The position numbers and the translations under genes were made by a program. Shown one piece after another: positions 47,487-60,441 of a DNA stretch of 64,000 nt. The first letter of the stretch is position 1. The number at the start of each line of letters is the position of its first letter. Source of the DNA: Schmidtea polychroa (taxonomy: Eukaryota). The stretch spans positions 8,310,001 through 8,374,000 of the forward strand of contig CM097885.1 of NCBI GenBank assembly GCA_044892525.1. The letters are read 5' to 3'. The notes beneath the pieces were generated by a model. The model saw only the letters and a program-made list of their open reading frames with translations, made no database searches and had not been told where the DNA came from.

Positions 47487-48868
47487 TCTAATATATAAAG
47501 ATGAAAGTTTGTTTGTTTGTTACCCATAGAATTCCCCACCGTTGAACCTAGGGTGCTGAAATTTTGCATGTGACCCTCATTTGACTCGGGACAGGTCATA
47601 GGCTATGTTTCAACTCCAGGTGACCACCCTAGGGTACCCTAACCCTACTCAGGGCCACCTTGATTTACTACAGTAGATACCCCAAGGAGGTGAAATTGGC
47701 AACAATGTTACAAATAAAAGTTTTAGGTCATGTTAGGTTTATGAAATAGGATTAGTGTACAGCTGCTTCAACTCTTCAGGATTTAGAAGGAAACACAAAA
47801 CTAATTGGAGGAACAGTTGTGGTATTAGCTGGAGATTTTCGACAAACTTTGCCTGTCATTCCAAGGTCAACACCAAACGATGTGTTGAATGCTTTCCTCG
47901 AAGCTTCAACTCTGTGGAAACAAATCAAGAAAATGACTCTGACAACCAATATGAGAGTCCATTTACAAGGAGATAATGCAGCAGGCTACTTCTCACATCA
48001 ATTGCTTCAACTTGGCGATGGAAAGTGACAGGTAGACCCAGCACCAGGAACTGTTTCTTTCCCATCAAATTTTTACACAGTAGCAAAGTCACTTGAAGAG
48101 TTGAAACTTGCAGTTTTTCCAAACATCCAAGACCAGTTCAAAAATCCTGAGTGGTTGTGCGAAAGGGCCATTCTTGTTCCAAAGAATTTAACTGTTAACA
48201 GCATTAATTCTCAAATTCACAATTTTCTACCAGGCATTTCAAAAACCTACAAATCAATTGATACGGTTACAGATCCGGCTCAAGCTATTTACTATCCAAC
48301 AGAGTTTTTGAATTCTTTGGAGCCTCCTGGCATGCCTTCACACAACTTGGAACTTAAAATTGAAGCTCCTATCATACTTCTGAGAAATTTGGATCCCCTA
48401 AACTATGCAATGGAACACGATTGAGCATCAAGAATCTCTTACCTCATGTAATAGAAGCCACAATTTTGACAGGCTGCGCCAAAGGAGAAGATGTCTTCAT
48501 CCCAAAAATTCCACTCATACCAACAGATATGCCTTTTGATTTCAAGCGCCTCCAATTTCCAATCAGGCTTGCATTTGCCATTTCTATCAACAAGGCACAG
48601 GGACAGTCTTTAAAAGTGGCAGGCATTGTACTTGAGGAAGCATGCTTTACCCATAGACAGCTATATGTGGCATTTTCTTGAGTTGGAAAGGAATATAGTC
48701 TATCGACAAGCTTTATCGTAAGTGATATATAAATTACATGTACTTTTTTTAATTAAATTTTTATGTGTTTTTTAAATTATTTTTTTAAATGAATGAATTG
48801 AAATAAATTTCTTTATTTTGAATCTGTTTACTATTTTTAAATCGTCCAACGCCGGGTACCCCAGCTAG
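47487..48868 (+). mobile_element. internally deleted Helitron with a PIF1 helicase C-terminal remnant
   Basis: 5' TCTAATATATAAAG; GDFRQTLPV, LTTNMR, QFPIRLAFAISINKAQGQSL; 3' GCCGGGTACCCCAGCTAG|T. Confidence 0.92.
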
Positions 48869-48999
48869 TAAAGTTTATTTAATAAATTCTTTCAATTTTG
48901 AAATCTCCACGTTTTGTTAAACTGCTTATTTAAAAAAAATTATTCTTTAAACAATTGCACCTCTGCTCGATCTCAAGATCGAACGTAATGCTACAACCT

Positions 49000-51900
49000 G
49001 TTTGCAGATTTCCTAATTCGATCAGACCTTCTCAATTTGTGCCTCTCAAGATCATGGCTTCTTGGATCTGAAGGTGAGAACTCACTCTCACTCTGGTTTC
49101 AACTTTCCTTAAAAGAACTACTGTCTATACTATTTTCATTCACATTCTCCGAGGTCAATTTGATGTCCAATACATATCAATTCATCCCATCTACGATTAT
49201 TGACGTTTCAGAGTTCACAATGGTCACAATTCCAAATTGCCATGGTGTAAAACATTGAGCTCCTCCAGGCTTTACATAAGCTCTATCGACTGCCTTAAAT
49301 TTGGTTTGTGTAGTAGATTGGCTTGGAAACTCAAGTGGATATCCCCAAACATGTTGTGATCGGAGATTTTCTGGGACAGAATTGATACTAATATCACTCA
49401 TTGTAAGAGAATTATACAAAAGTACTGCCTTCTCCGCGCCACACCCGACCCGTTCCATCGTCCTTTTAACTGTTCGTTGGACTCTCTCCACAATACCGTT
49501 TCCCGATGGGTTGTAGGCATTTCGATAAATCATCTTTACAAAGAATAGTTGGCACGGCTTTCTAATTTCGTTGGGGTGAAATTCTCTATTGTACCAAGAG
49601 TATTTAGAACGGAACTCTAGAGGAAACATCGATCAAAGATGATCACAAACTTCTATTTCATTTTCCAGATTCACCAGATTGAGAATCTTCTTGGTCCACA
49701 ATCGATTATGCTCAAGAACACTGAGTTGCCAAAGTATGTTGTATCCACACCCAGTCTCTACCAGACGTCTTAAACTCCCAAACGCCCCTTTGACCATTTT
49801 ATAGGTGATGGATCGACCAGTTTACAAGTTTGGCCCTGTACCATAATTTCCTTTAATGATGATTTTGAGACGGATGGATCTATTTTCCTGCCTGAATCAA
49901 TATCATATTTACTTCAAAATGATGATTCGTGTGGCACTTCTGTATTAGATCCATGTTTCCATCAACCGTGCTTGCACTTAACGCAGTCTACGTTAGGCTC
50001 AAAACCATTGCATCTGCTTTTCAGTTTTGATAACCACATGTTCGCTGTAATTTCGTCTGCTCTTTCAGCACTAACTCCACCGTTATCTTTAGGTCGTAGT
50101 AGTTTATTATCGACTTGAACATCTCATGGCGATGTCGAACCAATAATTTTGAGAACCCCTTAACATTTTGTCTGGAATCAGATTTACACCGAAGCCGAAT
50201 CTATCTTGATTACAACCACTTGCAAGTTTCAACCTATAGCTATTTCTATTCCTTTTAATACGGCGTACATTTCAGCGCAATTTGCATCGTCTAGAATGCG
50301 CACCCAGGTGACATCGTCAACGCGTACTGTTCCAATTTTCACAACTACTCCAATCGCGAGACTGCTTGCAATTCCTGAATCAGTATTTTCCATTCTCCTC
50401 CCACCGAATCTTGTTTCTGTACTTTATCTGCGATTTCTCTCATTACGCTGCTGTCATTATATCCACTTCTTGATTCTATCCTCTGTCAATAGAAAGTCGT
50501 TGTACAATCAAACAAGCCGGTCTCAACCAACGTACGACAGGAAAATATTAAACCGTTTGCCTAGCCCATGAAAACAGGTTGCATGAAAACACGGTTCCCG
50601 ATCAATTTTTCATATTTTCTGACACATCCTTTAATCCAAGGACTCGAGTACCGTTTATAAACTCTGAACTCTTCACCTCCAATCCAAACTTTCGCAGTCG
50701 TTTGACCACGGATTCAGCTGGAACCAAACTCGTGCTTAAAAATATATCGTCAACATATGCATATGTTGCTTTGCTTATCTGCATCAATTCAAAATCCATG
50801 TTTCAAAACAGTTGTCATGATTTTTGGTGTGACGTTAAGACCGAATCCAAGTCTTGTGAGGGCAAACGTCTTCCCATTGAAACTGACTACTTGAAAGGCT
50901 CACAACGATTCATCAACTCGTATTTGTAAATAATCTACTACATCAACATCCTCAACCCATTGACGCCGTTTTCTCAATTTTTTCTCATAAGCATCCGCTT
51001 ACGCATTGTGACTTGAGGTATATTTGTTGATTTTTCGATAATGCAAAACTAGTCTCACTTTTCCATTATTGTGTTGGATCACCGCCATCAGTAGAGTACC
51101 GCTTTGATCTCTCGGCTATAAAGCTGCAACCTTCCGTTCTTGATCGAAGCTTTACCATCCAACCATGCCAAAAAATCTCTGTTCTTAATGTGATTGACGA
51201 GATTCGGCATTCTCCTTGAATCCATGCTTATTTGTTTATATGTTGACACTTGAACAGCAGATTTCTTGTGGCATGTGTTTATTCGCCAACTCCATCCTAG
51301 TCCTCAAACAATTACACCTTTTAAAATGAATATCACTTTCGTTCCTAACAGAACCTCACGTCCCGGAACGACCTTTAGCGTAACTAAAGTATTCAAATCA
51401 ATCTCCTTACTCATGACGTTCATCAGCACAAATCTCTCACAGCAAATCGATTTACCACCTCCAAACCAGCAATATCTTTCTTTTAACCCCGGAAGTGCAA
51501 AAGTCTTTAATCATAGTTTGCGAGCATCCTGTATCTAAAAGCGCTCACTTACTCATTTCATCTACTTGAATTGGCATTATTTGCGAGCGAATATTCCCTT
51601 GGCCAAATTCAGTCACTCTGACTTATCGACCATATCGTTTCCTGAATTGACTTTACAACTTTTTGCATAATGACCAGAATTAGCACACCTATGGCATTTC
51701 AATTTCGTATATTGAGACCTTACATGCCCATATTTTCCAGACTCGTAACATTTGACGCGACTCCTAGAAATGGCACAAGAATGATTCGCAAATCCAATCC
51801 TAAAGATGTTGAAAGAAATTATACTTTGTTCTTTATACCAATTGTGTCATGGGGATTGAAAAGGCATCAGGGCTGTTAGGTTCTGTGGTAGACTATTCAC

Positions 51901-52300
51901 GAAAAATAGCCTCAGCAAGTCACCTGGTTCTTTCCCAGTGAGTTCCATCGTTGCTCTAAGATTTCCAGATTTTCATTAGCCTTCCACTGCATTTTCTTTA
52001 ATTCAGCCATCCAAGGATTTGCCAAAAACCTTTTTCATAATGTTGTTGGTACATCTTCTAACGATATCTTGTTTCCTGAATTTTCCTGAATTTTCCTCTG
52101 AATTTTCCCAGCCAGAACTAATGGTAAAATTTCCAAGACTTCTGCTTCTCCAAATAGCCTAGCATCTCTTCTGCTTTTCTTTATAAATTCACTGACACTT
52201 GCTTCATCAACTCCATAATAATTACAGTTTTAAATCTTTCAGGATGTTTGTTTTAATTTTGGGACTCATCTTGGTGCCTTACTTGGCCAATCACAATAAA
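49000..52300 (-). mobile_element. heavily decayed Ty3/Gypsy gag-pol
   Basis: CCHC knuckle CHRCANSGHYAKSC (~51680), protease LLDTGCS (~51530), RT YAYVDDI (~50750), RNase H remnant, integrase AYNPSGNGIVER (~49500), in Gypsy order. Confidence 0.85.
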
Positions 52301-53024
52301 TCTAGAGTCAACGTTTCTTAAAAGTCTTTTACTTTTTAAAATCGTTTCACATAGTTTGCTTAATGGCCAAAAATTCCTAGTTAACCCACTGATCAAGGTT
52401 CAAATATTTCGATACTAATCGACTGTCAAAATTAAATTAAATTAATAAATTATAAACCATACAACTAAATTAACCAATCCGGAAGTAACAAATCAAACAG
52501 TTTTCTTCCGGATCCTCATAGGACACCGCCTCTAACTGAACGCTGATTCGTCAGTGAAATTTCAACTAATAGAAAACAAGCAATATTGATATTGATAAAG
52601 ATTATTGATATTAGCTTACATTTCTGTAACAGAATGCTCAATTGGCCATCATCAATGCCAGAAACATCAAACAATTAATAATAAATAAATCAATAAATAA
52701 TTTGCAATGAAATAATTGACAATTGTTATTTAATTTAGTGAATTTATTTACAAGAAATTAATAATTTATTAATAGATTTTATTGGGTTTGTTTATGGAGA
52801 TCAATAAATTTTTATAATGAGATTCTCTTGTAATAAAGTGGTCTTAAAATCATTTAGGCCATTAAGCCTTCATCATTTCAAGGGACATATACACCAGTTT
52901 TATGGGAGGGGCGAGATTAGATGACCTCATAGGTATCCAATCCAGGATCGAGACCACAGGGAAAACCTATCTGTTGAATTTCGGAAAAGTAAAATTAAGG
53001 TGTATAGATAAACATTTTAATTAC

Positions 53025-53303
53025 TTAACCCTAGAAAGATAATCATATTGTGTAGTACGGAAAAGATACTCATGCTTAAAATTGACGCATGTGTTTTAAT
53101 TAACTGCAGGTCGAGGTTTATTAAATTATTTCAATAAATTTTGTGATTATTTATTTACACATATATAAGAATAATAATATTAAAGATAATTTACTTATAC
53201 TCCCTTACTTATTAAACAAAACAAAAACTTTAAACTTCTATGAATCAACGAAATTCTCTAACACTGACTGTTTCATACGAAAACTTATTTTTTACTGCAA
53301 TAA
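53025..53303 (-). mobile_element. piggyBac 3' (right) end, IFP2-like
   Basis: TTAA + 13-bp CCCTAGAAAGATA + 31-bp spacer + 19-bp TGCTTAAAATTGACGCATG. Confidence 0.9.
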
Positions 53304-53873
53304 CAGTGGCGTAGCTACCATATAGCAAGAGTAAGCAATGCATAGGGGCCCACAAGACAGGGGGCCTTTTTTCCAAGTTTCCTTAATTTTCTTCAGAAAA
53401 CAATGTCAAACAACGGCACGGTCGGCACCAGTCAACAGGGACCTCCAAATGATCGATTTGTGGTTTTATGTAATAAAGCTCCGCTGTTTTGTTTACTTAT
53501 TGAATTAATTACATTATTTACCTGCATTTTACCTATTTATGCAATCCCTTATGCCTCTCCCTCGCTAATAATATACCGTATAAGCAAGCAACTTTAGTTA
53601 TCTAAGTAAATCCCCCATTCATATAGGGGTCGAAAAAATTGTTTCGCTTGTTGGCTATACACATTTGTCCCTGATACATAACTATCATTTTATAACGATT
53701 TATACTGTTATATTGTATATTGAGCTCTAATTATTTAACTAAATCGTCTTTCCAAAGAGGACCCAAAAAATGTTTTGCCTGCAGCGCAAAACTCCTCTGT
53801 AACTATAAACCCTTCTTTCAATTAATACTCTCCCCTAACCCCTTAAAAAATCTTGGGTAGGCCTACGCCACTG
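53304..53873. mobile_element. hAT-like segment bounded by CAGTGGCGTAG/CTACGCCACTG (possibly composite)
   Basis: 11-bp inverted ends; no matching 8-bp TSD. Confidence 0.5.
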
Positions 53874-54710
53874 GTCTCATACCGTACAAAATAAACAAGG
53901 TGTTCCATCAAAATTTCGAGAGTTACAAAGTGTTCCGTCGCAGGAAAGGTTTTTTTTGTTCAGTTTTCTAACAATATACGTAGGGTTTCTCGGGGCCGAA
54001 ATCTATACTGTATTTCTGCAAGTTGTAACTTGTAACAGTTAGCTGATGCATTCCGTGAAAGAAAGTGTTTTTTATGCGAAATTGATTTTTACTGCGATCA
54101 TTAGTAAATGCAGATTAGTATTCCTTTATTACAATTATTCCTTTTTCATATTGAAGGTGACTACCATTTTAAAGATTCGTAGTTAATTTTAAACATTATA
54201 TATTCAATTACGTAATAGGTGATTGGCCTAGTTTGAAAGATCAAGATAAAGGATACGAGAACGTTTTGTCGGTTTTGAGATACTGTATTAGAATTGCTCA
54301 TTATTTTAATAGACGTATTAGATTTAGAATGCTTTTCAGGTGACAAATTTGATGTGCAAATGTTAGCTAAAATTTCATGCAAATCGAAAATTATTTAAAG
54401 GTTAAAAAAATTTGTCTGCACGAGATAGGCCTATTTCTCTTTTTTTGCGTCAGTCCGGAAATGGTCTTTAATGAATCATTACATAAAGTCAGCCAATTAA
54501 TCAAATTCACTCCAGAAAATTCATTCACAAATAATGACGCATCTATAATATGGGTTCTACACACCAACCCATATTATAGATGCGTTTATTGACTGCAAAC
54601 GGGTGTATTAGTCGTTGTAACGTGCATTTTGAGAACATGTGAAGATTCTTTTATATCAGTATCACTGCTGATTAAATAATATTTTATTTCTACTTTTTGT
54701 GAAATTAATA

Positions 54711-57259
54711 ATGGGTAAGACTAAGCGATATGAAAGTGGTGCTTGTAAGCGGAAGAGACAAAAAGAACAGAAGGAAATAGTAAAGCGTTTAAAGCCAATC
54801 ACGTCATATGGCTTTGTACAACAGGATGAAAGAGCCTTCAGTCTTAAAGACTTGGAAAACAAAGCAAATGAGGCTAATGAGCTCATCAAAAACTCTAATA
54901 TTGAAGACACAATAATACCAACTGTTCGTGATACTAGTGATTTCAGAGGCAATAACGATGTAGGCTTATGGTCCACTTTGAATACAGAGGAAATATCATT
55001 CTGGATTGAAAAAGGTCCATCTGAATGTCAGCACTGGGATGGACCTTTCGTCAATTCGAAGCGAACCTACAAAAAACAAGTACGATTCTGCTCAAGGAAT
55101 GTATTCCATTCCACCAAAGACAATGGAGAAACCTACCCTCTAGAATGGTTAACATATTCTCCCACGAAAGGAAAAGTCTACTGTTTTGTGTGCAAGCTTT
55201 TTTGTAATCAAACTACCTCAACTACAGCATTAGCTACTACTGGATTCGATGATTGGCATCACACTTATCTAGTTCAAACTCATGAAAACTCTAAAAGTCA
55301 TATGAGCTGTATGCTAACATATCTAACAAGAAAACAGGGTCAAACACACATCAAAACTTGAAGAGCAAATAAAAACAGAAGATTACTGGAAACACGTACT
55401 TCAGCGAGTAGTTGCAGTGATTTCCCTTTTTGCTGAACGTGGCTTGGCATTTCGGGGAAATGATGAAACATTTTGTTTACCAAACAATGGTAACTTTCTT
55501 GGTTTGATTAAATTAATTGCCAAATTTGACCCCTTCATGAGTGCTCACATAAATCAATATGAGAGTAAAGGCTCTGGTAATCTATCATATTTATTTAAAA
55601 CCATATGTGAAGAACTCATCCAGTTGATGGCTAATGAAGTTCGAGAAGCAATAGTGAGTGACATCGAACAGGCAGATTATTTTAGTGTATCGGTTGATTC
55701 AACCCCTGATGTATCCCATGTTGATCAACTTACTATCATTGTTAGATAGGTATCTCCTAGTGATGGATTACCAGTTGAACGCTTCCTGACATTTTGTGAA
55801 CTGAAGGATCACATTGGTAAAAGTATGGCTGAGCTGATACTGAACTACTTCAGTGAACTTAAAATTAATTTTGATAATTACAGAGGACAATCATGTGACA
55901 ATGCAGCCAATTTGACTGGAAAGTTTAACGGAGTTCAACAAAAAATATTGGAAAGGAACAAGTTTGCAAAGTTTATTCCTTGTGCTGGACATTCCTTAAA
56001 TCTAGTTGGACGAGCTGCAGTTGACTCATGCCTGGATGCAGTGAATTTTTTTGGTACAATAAATGAACTTTATTGACTTTTCTCAGCTTGCACAAAAAGA
56101 TGGGCGGTGCTTAAATATTTCTTGCCTCCAGGGTCAAAAGTTCCTAAACATTTGTCAGGCACAAGATGGGAGGCTCATGCCAAAGCTACAGCAGCTATTA
56201 CCGAAAGCTATGCTAACATTATTGAAGCCCTCAGTCATATTTACAGTGATGAAACTGAAAAAGGAGATAATAGCCGACAAGCTGGAAATCTTCTGCAGAA
56301 AATGGAAGAATTCGAATTCATTTTTATGCTTCACCTTTGGACACATTTACTAGACCAATTTCATAAAGTTAACAAAACCCTCAAAAGCTCGCAAATTTCT
56401 TTGAGCACATGTGCAAACATTTACAGCTCATTATTGCAGTTTGTATCAAATACTCGGGCTAATTTTGATGAAATTGAACATCAAGCAGAAATTACTCTAC
56501 CGGATGTTGAGTACAAAATTTCCAATAGAAGGCAGAGATTACGTAAGAAACTAAACAATGATGGGACAGCACCAGAAGCCTTAGACGAACTTTCTTCACG
56601 AGATTGGTTCAGAATAAGTTCATATATACCTGTTATGGATGCTCTTGAAGCCAACTCAGACAGAAGAGCAACAGTGTATAGGACTGTAGCTGAAAATTTT
56701 TGTTTTTGGTGAACTTAAAAGCAACCAGGGAACAGATTCATAATGGCATTGAGATTTTGATGCAAGAGTATCCAAAGGATGTTAACCTTTGTCTAGTCGA
56801 TGAACTCATTCACTTCCACCCGTACGTCAAACAAGCTTACTCTGAAAAAGAAACTTTCAGCCACCAAGAAATGTATCAAATAATATTCCTTGAGAAAATT
56901 CAGACAGCTTTTCCTAATGTGGAAACAATATTCAGATTGTTTCTGTGTTTAATTGGTTACAAACTGTACAGGTGAAAGATCATTTTCTAGATTGAAAAGA
57001 ATTAAGAATTATCTGCGGTCAACGATGTCCCGGGATAGGTTGTCAGATCTAAGCATTCTCTGTATAGAAAGTGATAAACTGAAAGCTATTGCTGTCAATG
57101 ATATTATTGTTAAGTTTGCATTAAAAAAAGCTCGAAAGAAACTGTTATGACTTTTTATCTTTTTATCAGTTCTATTATGTAAAAAGAGTTCACAATTTCG
57201 TTCCTCGTGATGAGATTCTATTAAGTAAGGGCCTCCCAAGTTGTCCTAATCCGGCACTG
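54711..57259 (+). mobile_element. decayed hAT transposase with 3' end
   Basis: VYCFVCKLF, RGLAFRG, VDSTPDVSHVDQL, PCAGHSLNL, TRWEA, TGERSFSRL; ends TAATCCGGCACTG at 57259; several frameshifts and stops. Confidence 0.92.
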
Positions 57260-57324
57260 ATTGTATGATAATTCTGATATTGTGACCAGTAGAAAGACCT
57301 TTAAATTTGAGTTGATATGTGTTT

Positions 57325-58044
57325 CAGTGGCGCAATCAGGGGGTACGCTGGTACGCTACCGCGCACCCCTTTGACCAACAAAAAAACAAAATAAAAAATC
57401 CGAAAAAGCTCGATCATAAAGTCTGTTATAAACTGAAGAAGTGAGAAGTGGTATGATGCAAACCGGCAACCCGAGCGTGTGCTTTGTGCTATTTGGCCTT
57501 GACTTTTGGCAAGCACAGACACCTCAGGCGCAGGTCTGAGCAGGCCAGCAGGCTCAACAGATTGAGATTGAGAGACTGAGCACAGTTGCGACAAGCAACC
57601 TGCGATCGGAAACGGCACACGGCCCCTAGGAACCTAGCAGTCGGCCGTTCGCCATGTGGATACGGGTTGTTCGTCCGTTTGTATAATAACACATAAGACG
57701 CATCAAGGTATAAGGTACAGAGACATGCCTATAACGGAAGAAGAAATATTTAATATATTGCAGGAAAAAAGAGGAAATTAGATATTGTTCTGTAAGGGTC
57801 GATTTATAAGTAATATTACTCCTTTGTTGTTTTTGCATTTTGCACAAATTTATCGATTTGTTTTGTAAGTTTTTATGCTCTGCTATATAATTTATCAAAT
57901 TTTTATAATAAATCAAATATTAAATATTAAAAAAGCCCTGGCCAGTGTAGCATATATGGGTTCTTTAGTGCAAGGCCCGCACTTGACCCTCCTTGGTCCG
58001 ATACTGACAGCGTACCCCATTCAAAATTCCTGGTTGCGCCACTG
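57325..58044. mobile_element. non-autonomous hAT element
   Basis: TIR CAGTGGCGCAATCAGG/CCTGGTTGCGCCACTG; perfect TSD ATGTGTTT. Confidence 0.92.
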
Positions 58045-58699
58045 ATGTGTTTCTTAGTTTGTTATATCGGTTTTGCAATCTCTTTATATACTTAATTTTA
58101 CCTTAGCATCAGTTTGTCTTTTTAGTTCCGGTTTTTTCTTCTAGTCCTTAACTGGTAAGTCACTTATTTTTATGTAATTTGACATCATTTCAGCACCGAC
58201 ATGACAATAAGTCCATTTCTAACTTCGAAATTCAATTGTTTTCCTTTGAATTACATTTTCTGAACTTACTTTGATTGGAATGACTGGAACAACATCGGTG
58301 AAATAAAGTCGGTTCAAGAAAAAGATCAAAAATAGCACCATATCGCAAGGTAAACAATTTCCCTGCATTTCCAATGAACTTAATGGGGTACCTCTCAAAG
58401 ATTGGAAAAATCGTTTCAAGTTTAAATTTTAATACTTTTTCAACCACCTTCCGAGTCTAAATTATTATAATGTTTGACGGTGATAAGGTCACATAAGCCC
58501 ATTTCAGTAACAATTTGATAATGTTTTCATGTAACTATTCAGTAACGACCACACAACTGAAAAATTGATAAGACAAAAAATTTGTTATAATTAAAAAAAT
58601 AATTAATTGGTAAATAAATTTAATGTCATTTTATTCCTCACACATTTTCTCGTTTTTTTAAACATTTAATTTTTTAAATTTCCTTCTTTATAAATATGA

Positions 58700-59147
58700 A
58701 ATTAGTTTTTAAATAAATTTACTCTTTAATTTGATAACAATTTCGATTTAAATGTTGTTTTTGTCAATTGTCCTCGTCACAATGTGACAGCAATTCAAAT
58801 TTTAGCTATTGAAATGTTTTTACGATGTATTTTCGTCTTTTGCTCAAGGTAGACTTCTAAATTAAAAGTTTTTTCCTATATAATTTTTTAATAATTTGAA
58901 AATAATTATATGTTAACAATATGTTAATGGTTATTAATTTCTGCACAAAAAAACACTATAATAAATTTGCATGCATTTTTCATTGTGTGTTTTGTGTTAG
59001 TGTGTTCAATTATTTTTCTGCCACTTTCTCAATTCCTATAATAAAGTTATTAAATTTCGGAACATTAAATTTCTACACACACTATACTATGAATTTATTG
59101 ATTCTTTTTTAGATTATAGAAGTTATTAAATTTCGGAACTAGGTGTA
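58700..59147 (-). mobile_element. Tc1/mariner-like end, same family as 18070-18600
   Basis: ~240-bp inverted homology to 18070-18320; flanked by TA. Confidence 0.55.
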
Positions 59148-60441
59148 TAAGCTTTTGTCTTATTTTTTTAATAAATAATTTTCTCTGAAATATGGTCATA
59201 TGCTCATAATCTTGGAAACAGTAGAAAAATGGTATAATTAAAAAACGAATGACGAAGAATGCGAAATTACGGAAAATCAATAAACTATCAAATTTGAATT
59301 TTAAAAAACACCCAGGTATAGATTAGACAGAGGGAAAGATCATGGTGATAATGAATTTATTAGAATACGTTTAGAAAGGATCAAAAAGCAAGGAAATGAA
59401 AAAAAACAGGAAATCGTTAATTAATCAAAGGAAATTCGAGTTGGGTAAAGAACAAGAAAAGCAAACAAAAAGGAAATTGAAACACCATTATCAGTGCAGC
59501 AGAATAATGGGAATATGTGGGAAAGGATTATCATAAGTAAGGTACATGATATGGTAATTAATTATATTATTACATTACGAAACCATCAGAGAACACCGCA
59601 GATGGAGGGTTTACTTTATTTTGGATTCATACTAACCTAAATCCATTCCAAACGGTTAATGGATTTCTGATTCCGTTCAATTGAAGGTAATTCCCTGCAC
59701 TTATCTGATTTCCAACCGAAATTTAGTTAATGCAGTTGTTAGACTTGCAACTTATTTTAAACAAAAGCCATTTTTGTGCATTTAATTGACTTCGAAGTCA
59801 TGTCAACCAAATTCAGTTTATGCGTTTATTGGAGTCCTATTGGACTCCTATTGGACAAGCAGCGCGCGATAATGTTGAAACTAGAGTCCTTAAATACTGA
59901 ATCCGACAGCTGAAACATGTGACCCTAATGTTGGAGTCAGCATTGTCCGAGTCACCACTCAGATACAACCTTTGGCCTCTAGTCGATATAAACCAAGACG
60001 TAAAAAGGGAGCTCAAAGAAGAGTGCAGGGGAGCACAGCCGAGCCGATCTGGACCATATGAAAATTCCTCTTTGATTGATGTAAAGTTGATGTAATATAT
60101 GTGGTTGTTGATAGTCGTTCGAGTTTAATTAAACATTTGCGTTGATATAGATCAGTAAATTTAGAGGGACCGAAGACGGACACGAAACATTCAAACGGCA
60201 GCCGCGAACTCGATTGAATGTCTTATGATTACGGTACACTGGAATGTGCTCACTTTTTGTAGGCATTCACCCATTTAACACAGTACCAATGTTGTTCACT
60301 CAACGGGTGTCACTTGGTAAAATCACCTTGCATTCTGGGTTACGCTGGTAGCAGCCCCAAAAGGTATAATTTGAGTTACATGCAACTCACCATTAGATCA
60401 AATAGACAAAATTAAAGATGTTATTAATAAAAAATATATAT

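Noticed and set aside
52490..52565. FTDES Tc1-like motif on the minus strand
   Set aside because: Too short, with no ends to define an element.
59280..60400. GC-richer segment, possible LTR or LINE 5' region
   Set aside because: No termini, TSD or protein motif that I can support.
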